Notes: generated by a model not told the origin, from the letters alone. A DNA stretch of 64,000 bases from Candidatus Gottesmanbacteria bacterium (GCA_903821745.1 CAIJMI010000004.1:152404-216403), one strand, 5' to 3'; shown: positions 29,536 to 39,553, counted from the stretch's first letter. Program-made: numbers and translations.

Positions 29536-31962
29536 ATGGAACTTACTGGTATTCGTAGCAAAGTATTTTTAGATCGCTATGCATTGAAAGACGAAACGGG
29601 AGCTCCTATTGAGAAAACACCGGAAGACATGTGGCACCGCGTTGCTCATGCTGTCGCCAAAATGGAACCAGCAGATCACCGGATGCATTGGGAAGAAAAG
29701 TTCTATGATATCATGCAAGATTTTGTGTTTGTTCCGGGGGGCCGAATTTTATCAGGCGCTGGAACCGGATATAAAGTAACCTTTTATAATTGTTTTGTCA
29801 TTCCCTCACCAAAAGATTCCCGAGGTGGCATTCTCTCAACACTCTCAAACATGGTAGAAATTATGGCCCGTGGTGGAGGCGTTGGTATTAATCTTTCAAC
29901 GCTTCGTCCACGAGGATCGAGAGTGAAGAAAGTCAATGGATTTTCTTCAGGACCGATTAATTGGGCAGAACTGTTTTCTGTTGCAACAAAAGACATTATT
30001 CAACAAGGGGGAACCCGACGAGGAGCACTTATGCTCATGCTTTGGGATTGGCATCCGGATATAGAAGAATTTATAACGGTCAAACAGGACCTTACTAAAA
30101 TTAATGGTGCAAATTTATCCGTCTGTGTGTCTGATGCATTTATGGAAGCAGTTAAAAATGATGCAGATTGGAATTTGATATTTCCGGATACCCAGGACCC
30201 TGATTATGACACAAAATGGGACGGATATATGCCCAACTGGATTGCGCTCGGTAAAACGCCAAAAATTATTAAAACCGTTAAAGCACGGGATTTGTGGGAC
30301 ATGATTGCAAAAGCTGCATGGGCAAGTGCAGAGCCGGGTGTAGTGTTCATGGAACGGTACAACAAACAATTTAATAATTATTATTATGAATTCGTAAACT
30401 GTGTTAATCCGTGCGGCGAAGAAGGATTGCCATATTGGGGAGTTTGTAATCTGTGTTCTATTAATTTGGCAGCGCTTGTCAAAGAAGACGGCACCATGAA
30501 TTATGAACGGCTGGCGGAAGTTGCAAAAATTGGCGTCCGATTTCAGGATAATGTCGTTGATGCCGATGTCTATATTTTTGATGAAATTAAAAAAGTACAG
30601 CTTGAAGGAGAACGTCGTATTGGTCTTGGGACCATGGGACTGGGTGATGCCCTCATTAAGATGAAAATTCGATACGGGTCGAAAGAAAGTTTGGAAGTGA
30701 TCGATAAAATATATAAAACGATTCGCGACGCTGCATATGAATCATCCATTTTGCTCGCAAAAGAAAAAGGGGCATTTCCAAAAATTGATAAAGCAAAGCA
30801 TGTTGTAGGGTATTTCTGTAACCAACTTCCCGAAAACTTAAAAAAGAAAATGAAGAAATATGGGGTAAGAAATTCACTACTGTTGCAGCAAGCTCCAACA
30901 GGTTCAACATCCATGTTATCCGGTGTTTCAAGTGGTATTGAGCCGGTCTATGAGTTTGAATATATGCGGCACGATAGACTTGGTGATCATATTATTCGAC
31001 ATGAACTCTATGATGCATGGTTTGAACAATTTAAAGCAGAAAATGGCAGAGAGCCAACGCGGGAAGATCGACCAGATTATTTTGCATCAGCAAATGATTT
31101 AACGCCGGAAAATCATGTGGAAGTGCAAGCAGCAATTCAAAAATATGTTGACGCGTCCATTAGTAAAACAGTAAATGCGCCAAATGTGCATACGGTTGAA
31201 GATGTAAAACGTATTTATACACTTGCGTATGATCTTGGATGTAAAGGAATTGCCTACATGCGCGAAGGAAGCAGACAAGGAGTGTTAATGCGAAAAGAAG
31301 AGTCAAAAAAGGAAGAGATAAAACAAGAAATAATGAATGCACCAGAGGTCAAACCGCGTCCAGATATCGTGCATGGGTCAACGTACAGAGCGGAGACACC
31401 CGTTGGACAAGCCTATGTGACCGTGAATACCAACGGAGGAAATCAGCCAATAGAAGTCTTTATAAACGTTGGAAAAGCAGGAAGTGATGTGACTGCCATG
31501 GCTGAGGCAATGGGACGGCTTATTTCGTTGACGCTTCGCATGGCCTCACCAATTCCGCCAATTGAACGTGCGCGGAAAGTTGCAGCAGAGCTTATTGGTA
31601 TCGGAGGCGCACGGTCCTTGGGATTTGGTGAAAATCGTGTTCGAAGTCTTCCTGATGCAGTGGCAAAGGTGATCGATCGTCATTTTGGATTTTTTGCAAA
31701 ACACCGACTTGATGCTGCGGCAACAGAACCAGACCGGGTAACGGTGGAAAAAGGAAATGAAACAGATGAAAAGAAAAATGGGGAAGACATTAAGGCACTG
31801 CTTGCAAAAATGGGTGCAACACCAACATCAGCAGTTGCAGTTGCTGAGGAAAAAGAGCATCGGATGGTGACGGTAGATCTGTGTCCAAAATGCGGAGAGG
31901 GAACGCTCGTTTTTGAGGAATCATGTAAAAAATGTTACAACTGCGGATATAGCGAATGTTAA
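29536..31962 (+). CDS. nrdJ: Class II adenosylcobalamin-dependent ribonucleotide reductase
   Basis: Monomeric NrdJ-like active-site and allosteric regions; C-terminal zinc ribbon CPKCGEG...CKKCYNCGYSEC. AGGAGG 8 nt upstream. Confidence 0.9.
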   Translation: MELTGIRSKVFLDRYALKDETGAPIEKTPEDMWHRVAHAVAKMEPADHRMHWEEKFYDIMQDFVFVPGGRILSGAGTGYKVTFYNCFVIPSPKDSRGGILSTLSNMVEIMARGGGVGINLSTLRPRGSRVKKVNGFSSGPINWAELFSVATKDIIQQGGTRRGALMLMLWDWHPDIEEFITVKQDLTKINGANLSVCVSDAFMEAVKNDADWNLIFPDTQDPDYDTKWDGYMPNWIALGKTPKIIKTVKARDLWDMIAKAAWASAEPGVVFMERYNKQFNNYYYEFVNCVNPCGEEGLPYWGVCNLCSINLAALVKEDGTMNYERLAEVAKIGVRFQDNVVDADVYIFDEIKKVQLEGERRIGLGTMGLGDALIKMKIRYGSKESLEVIDKIYKTIRDAAYESSILLAKEKGAFPKIDKAKHVVGYFCNQLPENLKKKMKKYGVRNSLLLQQAPTGSTSMLSGVSSGIEPVYEFEYMRHDRLGDHIIRHELYDAWFEQFKAENGREPTREDRPDYFASANDLTPENHVEVQAAIQKYVDASISKTVNAPNVHTVEDVKRIYTLAYDLGCKGIAYMREGSRQGVLMRKEESKKEEIKQEIMNAPEVKPRPDIVHGSTYRAETPVGQAYVTVNTNGGNQPIEVFINVGKAGSDVTAMAEAMGRLISLTLRMASPIPPIERARKVAAELIGIGGARSLGFGENRVRSLPDAVAKVIDRHFGFFAKHRLDAAATEPDRVTVEKGNETDEKKNGEDIKALLAKMGATPTSAVAVAEEKEHRMVTVDLCPKCGEGTLVFEESCKKCYNCGYSEC

Positions 31963-31965
31963 TCT

Positions 31966-32538
31966 ATGCCAGTGTATACACGAACGGGTGATGATGGAAC
32001 AACTGCACTGTTTGGAGGAAAACGCATCTTAAAATGTGAAGAACTCGTTGATGTGTATGGTTCCATTGATGAACTCAATAGCTGGATCGGCGTTCTTCTT
32101 GCAACAGACAAGAATCAAAGGGACAAGCAATTGTTTCTTGCAATACAACAAGATTTGTTTTTGATCGGCAGTGTACTTGCAGGATGGAAGGGTGATATTT
32201 CTCCACTTGGTAAGCGAATTTTAGAAATGGAACAGCATATCGATGCAATTGAAACAAAAGTGCCGAAAATCACAAATTTTATTCTTCCCGGTGGATCAAA
32301 GAGTGCATCGTATGTTCATGTAGTAAGAAGTATTACTCGACGTGTTGAACGGCAAATGGTTGCATTATTTGCAAAGGAAAAGAGTAGTACAGTACCTGAT
32401 AAAAATAATCAACGAAAAATGATTACGTATATCAATCGTTTGTCTGACTTGTTATTTATGATGGCAAGAGGTATAAATAAGACAGTTGGTATCAAAGAAG
32501 TTGTATGGAAAGGGATATCAACAAAGAGTAAAGAGTAG
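31966..32538 (+). CDS. PduO-type ATP:cob(I)alamin adenosyltransferase
   Basis: MPVYTRTGDDGTT signature N-terminus; 4 nt after the nrdJ stop. Confidence 0.85.
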   Translation: MPVYTRTGDDGTTALFGGKRILKCEELVDVYGSIDELNSWIGVLLATDKNQRDKQLFLAIQQDLFLIGSVLAGWKGDISPLGKRILEMEQHIDAIETKVPKITNFILPGGSKSASYVHVVRSITRRVERQMVALFAKEKSSTVPDKNNQRKMITYINRLSDLLFMMARGINKTVGIKEVVWKGISTKSKE

Positions 32539-32614
32539 AGGAAGGTTGTGTAACTCAATCACTGTGCCGCAACGGTAAAGTCCGGAACTCTTCTTTACCT
32601 ATCCCGAGCAGGAG
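32537..32614 (+). promoter_or_regulatory. Conserved riboswitch-like 5' leader, copy 1 (candidate cobalamin-responsive element)
   Basis: Duplicated about 1 kb downstream. Contains CACUG, a UGCCG-CAA-CGGUA hairpin, AAGUCCGGAA, and an ACUC tract complementary to the GGAG Shine-Dalgarno. Confidence 0.35.
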
Positions 32615-32623
32615 TATTTTTTT

Positions 32624-33061
32624 GTGGAAAGAAACAATATGAAAACAAAAATGAATGCACGAACCATTATTCTTATTATCATGTGTGTCGTGTTGGGTGT
32701 GTTGTTTGTCCGAAATGGACTCGAAGTAAAACGAATACAACAACATCCAATAGAACGGACAACAAACAAACCAGAAGTTGTAGTGACCATCAATAATGGA
32801 GCTTCGCTTATCACGGAAACCATCTCAGCAGGAACACCGTTTGAAGCATTATCCGTTCTCGCAGAAAAAAAACAACTACCATTAACAACAAAACAATATG
32901 ATTTTGGTGTATTTGTCAGTGGTATTGGAGATGTTCTGACTACAAAGGAATTTGGATGGATTTATTATGTGAATAATAAATCAGGTGACGTCGCCGCTGA
33001 TAAATACGAGTTACATAATGGAGATCAAGTTGAATGGAAGTTTGAAAAATCAATTTTTTGA
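32624..33061 (+). CDS. DUF4430 (transcobalamin-like C-terminal domain) membrane-anchored protein
   Basis: N-terminal TM; C-terminal GWIYYVNNKSGDVAADKYELHNGDQVEWKFEK resembles the transcobalamin-like beta-domain. GTG start 12 nt after GGAG. Confidence 0.55.
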   Translation: MERNNMKTKMNARTIILIIMCVVLGVLFVRNGLEVKRIQQHPIERTTNKPEVVVTINNGASLITETISAGTPFEALSVLAEKKQLPLTTKQYDFGVFVSGIGDVLTTKEFGWIYYVNNKSGDVAADKYELHNGDQVEWKFEKSIF

Positions 33062-33582
33062 TACTTATGGAGATGATTACATTTACACTGATTGGTATTC
33101 TTTCAAGACTTGTGCCGCATATTCCAAACATGACTGCAGTGGGAGGTGCATCACTGTTTATGGGTGCAAAATTTGGTGTAAAGAAAAGCATGATCGTACT
33201 TTTTTTAACTATGCTGGCGACTGATAGTGTGAAAGGACTGCATTCTGTGATGTGGGCAACGTACGGATCATTGGTTCTTGCTATTTTGATCGGTAAATAT
33301 ATGGCATCAAAAAAAAATGCAGGGTGGATTATCGGAGGAACGCTGTTGTCTTCTATTTTGTTTTTTATCATTACAAATTTTGCTGTATGGCTTGCCCCGA
33401 ATTTTATGTACGCAAAAACCCTTTCAGGACTTGTGGACTGCTACATGATGGCAGTTCCATTTTTCAAAAATTCTCTCGCTGGCGATTTGATGTATTCAAG
33501 TATTTTTTTTGGTGGATACGCATTCGTTGCATCCATTAAACAAAAGATGATGATGTGTCAGGTCGGCCATAAAAACATATAA
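33058..33582 (+). CDS. Small polytopic membrane protein, ECF S-component/BtuM-like candidate vitamin transporter
   Basis: 174 aa with about six TM helices; 4-nt overlap with the DUF4430 gene. Confidence 0.4.
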   Translation: MILMEMITFTLIGILSRLVPHIPNMTAVGGASLFMGAKFGVKKSMIVLFLTMLATDSVKGLHSVMWATYGSLVLAILIGKYMASKKNAGWIIGGTLLSSILFFIITNFAVWLAPNFMYAKTLSGLVDCYMMAVPFFKNSLAGDLMYSSIFFGGYAFVASIKQKMMMCQVGHKNI

Positions 33583-33586
33583 AGGA

Positions 33587-33666
33587 AGAGGAAGGTTGTG
33601 TAACTCAACCACTGTGCCGCAACGGTAAAGTCCGATACTCCCCTTTATATTTTCCCGAGCAGGAGG
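33587..33666 (+). promoter_or_regulatory. Conserved riboswitch-like 5' leader, copy 2
   Basis: Shares a 22-nt block (1 mismatch), an identical 25-nt block and an identical CCCGAGCAGGAG block with copy 1. GGAGG lies 7 nt before ATG 33673. Confidence 0.35.
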
Positions 33667-33672
33667 TCCATC

Positions 33673-35301
33673 ATGTATTGCGTACCAGAAAAAGAAATTT
33701 CTCTTCTTACCTATAAAGATAAATATTCCACACTTCAAGAGATACATCCTGAATGGACGTCGCATGAACTTCGTTTAACAAGCGCCAGTGAACTCCGCTC
33801 CCAATTTCAGGCTGATCGTGAAACGGCTGCAAGAGAAAATTTAGGGTTGCCGATGATTGAAGTTCCAGAGGCAACATTTACTCTTACTGATGAAGGAACA
33901 GTCTGGTACCCAAACTATGGGAGTGGTGTTGGACTTGTTGAGTTGAGTGAACGACAAAAAAGGTTGCGGCCTGAGCATTATTCACCGGAAGAACACACCA
34001 TTTCATTATTAATAGAAGAACAATTTAAGCATGGAGCAACAGAAGTAGTAACAAGTTATGGAGATAGGGATGTGGTGATTATGAAGTATGATCCAAAAAC
34101 AAAAAAGGGGAAAACGGAGGTTATCAATACCGCGGTTGTAATGGAAAATGAATATAAACCCATGCAAGAATTTATCTCTGAACATTTTCCAAAATTAGAA
34201 TCAGTGCCCGTAACAAAAAGCATTTTTTTGTTTGCCGATAAAAAACTAATTGTTGAACATGCAACGGAAATAGTTCAACAAATGGTAAGAAAATCTGCTC
34301 GTATACATCAACTGCCATATGCTGAAAAAAGACAGAGAATAGCTATCACAGACCAGAAACAGGAATACCCCTATCTTCCGCCATTTATGAGCCATGATAT
34401 TTCTAAGACACATCATGAGGATATGATGCCTGTTGTAGAAACACAGCACTATCAGAGGTTGGATAGCAAACATGTGCAACAGAAAGAACAAACCATAGAA
34501 CGAGTTAAAGACCTCGTTCACAAGGACCAACAGAAGCAACGTATCATATCGTCCATTGAAGTGTCTCAAAAACCGGTGTTGGTGTTTCAATTTTCAAAAA
34601 AAACGGACGAGTATACAAAACAAATAAAACCATCCGTGACGGTCTATATGAGCGACCCAATCGTGGAAAATCAAATCGCGCGCCATATTTTGAAGAATGA
34701 CAAAATTGTTCCGTCGATGCAGCTAAAAGAGAATGATCCGCTGCCTGTGTTTTTGGAGAAGCCAAAACAAAAAGATGAACAAGCAATCACATGGGACAAT
34801 AGAGACCTAAAAGAAACGAAAGAAGAACCACATATAATGGTTGATGCACGTATAAAACAGAATGTTGTCATTGAACAAACGATCGAAGAATATTTTGAAA
34901 CTGGAGATACAAAAGAATCTATCGTGAAAATAGAACCAGCTGTTATTCGTTCTCTGTACGCGCCGTATATGTCTGAAATACCGTTTTTCGTTGATAAAAG
35001 ATCGGGTGTCATATCGGAAATTCAGAAGTTGTGTTGGATTTGTCCGTTAGTAGAGACAATGGATCAGCCTGAAATGTTGGAAGTGGAGATACCGAAAGAT
35101 CAAAATCAACGGTTATATAATTTATTACATTTCCTACAAAAGATTGTAAAAAAACAATTTGGTGAAGATCATATTAGACAGAGAACAATACAGGTCGTGA
35201 ACGCAGATGAATCAGATCGAGTGCGTGATGAAATTACATATTATCTAACACTCTTGGAAGAAAAGAATATGCGAATGCATATGTATGCGTTCGTGAACTG
35301 A
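33673..35301 (+). CDS. Large soluble hypothetical protein (542 aa)
   Basis: No TM and no recognisable motif; charged Lys/Glu/Gln-rich composition. Confidence 0.5.
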   Translation: MYCVPEKEISLLTYKDKYSTLQEIHPEWTSHELRLTSASELRSQFQADRETAARENLGLPMIEVPEATFTLTDEGTVWYPNYGSGVGLVELSERQKRLRPEHYSPEEHTISLLIEEQFKHGATEVVTSYGDRDVVIMKYDPKTKKGKTEVINTAVVMENEYKPMQEFISEHFPKLESVPVTKSIFLFADKKLIVEHATEIVQQMVRKSARIHQLPYAEKRQRIAITDQKQEYPYLPPFMSHDISKTHHEDMMPVVETQHYQRLDSKHVQQKEQTIERVKDLVHKDQQKQRIISSIEVSQKPVLVFQFSKKTDEYTKQIKPSVTVYMSDPIVENQIARHILKNDKIVPSMQLKENDPLPVFLEKPKQKDEQAITWDNRDLKETKEEPHIMVDARIKQNVVIEQTIEEYFETGDTKESIVKIEPAVIRSLYAPYMSEIPFFVDKRSGVISEIQKLCWICPLVETMDQPEMLEVEIPKDQNQRLYNLLHFLQKIVKKQFGEDHIRQRTIQVVNADESDRVRDEITYYLTLLEEKNMRMHMYAFVN

Positions 35302-35313
35302 ACCAGGTGTGAT

Positions 35314-35718
35314 ATGATAAAGCATATGAATACCCTGCCTACTATGGGCACTACTCCCAGTTCTATTTCAACACCTCCGCAGGCAGTTGGAAATATAGGA
35401 AAAGAAACAGAAATACCATCGTCCTCAAGTCAAGAAACGCCGATTCAAGACCTTGGAAAAGAAATGGAATTACCGAAAGAAGTGATGTCCGCAGGAGTAT
35501 CCATGCAGCCAACAATTATTTCTATTCCTCCACCAGTTGTGCAGCTTGGAGTTAAACCAGCTGGACAAAATGCTCCCACTATTTCGACAGGAGCAATTTC
35601 AATGATTCTGACGGATGAACAAATCGCACAAGGACTCCATTCGAGTATCTCAAATTCGATAAGGTGGCTCGCCGAATGGTGTCGCCATAAACTAAAAGTG
35701 CTGCACATTGTACAATAA
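35314..35718 (+). CDS. Pro/Ser/Thr-rich hypothetical protein
   Basis: 134 aa, low complexity. Confidence 0.35.
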   Translation: MIKHMNTLPTMGTTPSSISTPPQAVGNIGKETEIPSSSSQETPIQDLGKEMELPKEVMSAGVSMQPTIISIPPPVVQLGVKPAGQNAPTISTGAISMILTDEQIAQGLHSSISNSIRWLAEWCRHKLKVLHIVQ

Positions 35719-38071
35719 GCATATGTCGACGGAATTGACTGATATTATCGGAAAAGCAGAAGTATTCGGAATGAATGTGCTTCTTCTTGTTTTATTTCTT
35801 GGTGCCTTTTTTGGGCTATGTTACGTTGCATTTCTTTTATGGAAATACCGAAATCGGGAAGCACGGTCGTTGTCATATGTACTGCTGCAAATAGCAGTGC
35901 CACGAGAAAATGAAATTAAAATCGATGCGGCAGAACAAATGTTTTCCAGTTTGTATGGCATATTTAATAATAAATGGTGGGCATTTGTAAAACCGCAGGA
36001 TCATATTTCATTTGAAATTGTGGCAAAACGGGAAGATATCCGTTTTTATGTGTCTGTCCCAAAAAACATAAAAGACCTCGTTGAAAAACAAATCAACGGT
36101 GCATATCCCGGAGCTGATATTAAAGAAGTAGAGGAATACTCTATTTTTTCTGAAAAAGGGAAAGTGTCATTTGCGGCGCTACGGCTTCGTTATGCTAGTC
36201 ATTATCCAATTAGAAACTATCGTGATTTACCAACAGATGCACTTTCGCTTGTGACGTCAGTGCTTGCTAAGATGAGCGAAGGGGAAGGAGCGGTTATCCA
36301 GCTTTTGATTCAGCCGACAGGTGACAAATGGAAACGAGTGGGACGGTCATACATTTCCAAAATAAAGAAAGATGAAGCAAATCCAGAAAAAGCAAATTTT
36401 AAAATTAATCAAAAATCTTTGGAAGCAATTGAAACAAAAATTCAAAAACCTGGATTTAACAGCGTCATCCGTATTGTTGTTTCATCGACAACCAAGGATC
36501 AGGCTGATCAGCATCTAAAAAATATTCTTGCAGCATTCGAACAATTTTCATCAGACAATAATTCATTCTGGGAGATAAAATTTCCAATTAAACATCTATT
36601 TCTTACTGATTTTATATACCGCTATTTTCCAGTTGTGAATTTACCACTTCTCCGACAATTTAGTGTACTAAACAGTGATGAACTGGCAAGTATTTTCCAT
36701 TTACCGAATAAAACAATAGAAACGCCGCACATCTTTTGGTTGAACGCAAAGCGCGCGCCTGCTCCAATGCTCATTCCTGAATCAGGATTATTTTTAGGCA
36801 TGTCAAAATACCGTGGTGTGGAGCGTCCGATTTTTATCGGAGATGATGACAGACGGCGTCACATGTATGTCATTGGAAAAACCGGTACAGGAAAGTCGCA
36901 ACTTCTGGAAGAAATGGTCATGCAGGATATTAATGCAGGAAAGGGGGTTGCTGTTATTGATCCCCACGGAGATTTGATTTCAGGAATTTTGAATCGTATG
37001 CCAGTTTCGAGAGCTGAAGATGTAATTGTGTTTGATCCTTCTGATACTGAGAGACCGATGGGACTGAATATGCTTGAGGCAAAAACAGAGGAACAAAAAC
37101 ATTTTGTTGTCACATCAATCGTCGGCCTTATGTATAAATTGTACGACCCAATGAAAACAGGAATTATCGGTCCTCGGTTTGAACATGCAATTAGAAATGC
37201 CATGCTTACTGTCATGGCAGAGCCTGGAAATACGTTTGTTGAAGTGGTTCGTGTATTAACAGATCCTGCATTTGTGCAAGAGTTATTGCCGAAAGTTAAT
37301 GACCCAATGATTAGACGGTATTGGACAGATCAAATTGCTCAAACTGCCGACTTTCATAAGTCAGAAGTTTTGGATTATATCGTTTCAAAATTCGGTCGGT
37401 TTGTTACAAATAAATTAATGCGGAATATCATTGGGCAATCCGTGTCTTCATTTGATTTTAGAAAAGTGATGGATGAAGGAAAAATTCTTCTGGTGAATTT
37501 GGCAAAAGGAAAACTTGGAGAAGAAAACAGTAACTTTTTGGGATTGATTCTCGTTCCCCGTATTCTTGTTGCCGCAATGAGCAGACAGGAAATGCCAGAA
37601 GAAGACCGGCGGGATTTTTATCTTTATGTCGACGAGTTTCAAAACTTTGCAACTCCAGACTTTGCGCAGATTCTTTCCGAGGCTCGGAAGTACAGACTCA
37701 ATTTAACCGTTGCCAACCAATTTATTGGTCAAATGGAAGAGGAAGTGAAGAATGCAGTATTCGGGAACGTCGGTACGCTAATTTCATTCCGTGTTGGTGT
37801 GACGGATGCAAACTATTTGCAGCATGAATATCAACCGACGTTTAACGAATCAGATCTTATCAATATTGATAAATACAATTCGTATGTAAAAACAATTGTG
37901 AAGAATGAACCAATGAAACCATTTTCCATTGATTTAACGAAAGATATGAATCAAATTGTTCAAGCAAGAAATCCTCAAATTGCAAAAGCAATCATTCAAC
38001 TGTCACGGTTAAAATATGGAAGAAGCAAAGAGTTGGTAGAGGCGGAAATTTCACAGCGCGCGAGATTGTAA
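35708..38071 (+). CDS. Membrane-anchored P-loop ATPase of the VirB4/VirD4/TraG/HerA (FtsK-HerA) superfamily
   Basis: N-terminal TM helix. Walker A IGKTGTGKSQ about 380 aa in, Walker B LYVDEFQNF, and an ARKYRLNLTVANQ arginine-finger region as in VirB4/TraC-type ATPases. Confidence 0.7.
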   Translation: MYNKHMSTELTDIIGKAEVFGMNVLLLVLFLGAFFGLCYVAFLLWKYRNREARSLSYVLLQIAVPRENEIKIDAAEQMFSSLYGIFNNKWWAFVKPQDHISFEIVAKREDIRFYVSVPKNIKDLVEKQINGAYPGADIKEVEEYSIFSEKGKVSFAALRLRYASHYPIRNYRDLPTDALSLVTSVLAKMSEGEGAVIQLLIQPTGDKWKRVGRSYISKIKKDEANPEKANFKINQKSLEAIETKIQKPGFNSVIRIVVSSTTKDQADQHLKNILAAFEQFSSDNNSFWEIKFPIKHLFLTDFIYRYFPVVNLPLLRQFSVLNSDELASIFHLPNKTIETPHIFWLNAKRAPAPMLIPESGLFLGMSKYRGVERPIFIGDDDRRRHMYVIGKTGTGKSQLLEEMVMQDINAGKGVAVIDPHGDLISGILNRMPVSRAEDVIVFDPSDTERPMGLNMLEAKTEEQKHFVVTSIVGLMYKLYDPMKTGIIGPRFEHAIRNAMLTVMAEPGNTFVEVVRVLTDPAFVQELLPKVNDPMIRRYWTDQIAQTADFHKSEVLDYIVSKFGRFVTNKLMRNIIGQSVSSFDFRKVMDEGKILLVNLAKGKLGEENSNFLGLILVPRILVAAMSRQEMPEEDRRDFYLYVDEFQNFATPDFAQILSEARKYRLNLTVANQFIGQMEEEVKNAVFGNVGTLISFRVGVTDANYLQHEYQPTFNESDLINIDKYNSYVKTIVKNEPMKPFSIDLTKDMNQIVQARNPQIAKAIIQLSRLKYGRSKELVEAEISQRARL

Positions 38072-38132
38072 AAAATACCCTCTTTACATTCTTTATAATT
38101 GCTATACACTCTTGAAGTATTGACAAAAAAGT

Positions 38133-39539
38133 ATGGACCAACAAGAAGAACCTTCCTGCACTACCGCGATTGTTAAACGTCACGAAAAAGTCGTCTACAT
38201 TTTTAATCTTTCAGAAGATGTTTGGCCTTTTATTAAGGCAATGTCTGATCCGCATGAGCGGCAATTTGAAATTGATTGGAATGCAAATCTTGCTGAACGT
38301 GATCTTCTTTCAATTGCTGAAGAAAATGAAGCAATATTTATCAGTCCTCATCCAATCAAAGATTCTTTTCTTTCATATTACCAACAGGTATTTGGTACAA
38401 AACATATTCAAATTTTGGTTCCAAAAACACACACCGGTGAAATTTGTGAAGACATTATCAATGATAATGATCTCGTTGAGGAACTAATTAAAGCAGCAAA
38501 TTCAGTTAAAAAATTAACACTCATCAGCTATTCAACGAGTCCGCAATTTCTACATCTTGTTTCAAAACTTCAAAAAAAAGGAATTACTGTGTATACCCCA
38601 GAATCTCCTGAAGTTCCAAGTGCATGGACCGTTAATTTCTATGGGAGCAAATCTGGTATCAGGCAGCTTGCACAAAAAAGCGGTGCCATAGAGCCGGATT
38701 TTAAAATAGCGGATGGTCTTATTTGTTCTTCTATCTATGATGCGGCAATGATTGCTGCACATAAGTATATAAAAGAAGGCGGTGTCGTTATTAAAACGAA
38801 TAAAGGACATTCCGGTGCAGGAGTACTTTTGTTACGTCCAGGAGATCTTCCGAATGAATATGATGCATGTGAAAAAGCAATTCATACAATGTTGAAAAAA
38901 GATAAATATTGGGAAGAATTTCCTATCGTTATCGAAGATCTGTTAAATGTAAATCCTGCAGTTGGTGGAGGATTTCCGGATGTTGAATTTAAAATTCAAA
39001 AATCAGGAAAAATTGAACTCTTATACTACTGCGCAATGCGGGTGGACAGAAGCGGGATCTATAAAGGACAGGAAATGCATGAATCAGTTCTTCCAGAACG
39101 GTTAGCCGCACGAATTGTTGATACAGGATTTTTTATTGGTGAGCAATATGCTGCTGCAGGATATCGGGGATATTTTGACGTTGATTTTGTTGCAGCAAAA
39201 AATGGAGAAATTTATGTAACAGAATCCAATGCTCGTCGAACAGGAGGAACCCACGTCTATAAAACTGCGATGAATCTTATTGGCAAAGAGTTTATGACTG
39301 ATTCCTATACACTTTCCAATAACGATTATTCCTTACCGAAAGGAAAAAAACCTTCTCTTGAGGAAGTGATACAGGTATTAACGCCAGTTCTGTTTGATAA
39401 AAAAACAAAAGAGGGTGTTGTCCTTGCGTCATCCAATTTACTTGAACAAGGGAAATTTGCATATATCATTTTTGGTAAAAATGAAAAACGCTCGCTCGAA
39501 ATAGAAGCAGAAATGGAAAAACTTCTTTTGAAGCTTTAG
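38133..39539 (+). CDS. ATP-grasp fold enzyme, unknown substrate
   Basis: KTNKGHSGAGV and ESNARRTGGTH ATP-grasp motifs. Confidence 0.55.
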   Translation: MDQQEEPSCTTAIVKRHEKVVYIFNLSEDVWPFIKAMSDPHERQFEIDWNANLAERDLLSIAEENEAIFISPHPIKDSFLSYYQQVFGTKHIQILVPKTHTGEICEDIINDNDLVEELIKAANSVKKLTLISYSTSPQFLHLVSKLQKKGITVYTPESPEVPSAWTVNFYGSKSGIRQLAQKSGAIEPDFKIADGLICSSIYDAAMIAAHKYIKEGGVVIKTNKGHSGAGVLLLRPGDLPNEYDACEKAIHTMLKKDKYWEEFPIVIEDLLNVNPAVGGGFPDVEFKIQKSGKIELLYYCAMRVDRSGIYKGQEMHESVLPERLAARIVDTGFFIGEQYAAAGYRGYFDVDFVAAKNGEIYVTESNARRTGGTHVYKTAMNLIGKEFMTDSYTLSNNDYSLPKGKKPSLEEVIQVLTPVLFDKKTKEGVVLASSNLLEQGKFAYIIFGKNEKRSLEIEAEMEKLLLKL

Positions 39540-39553
39540 TAATTTCCGTACTA

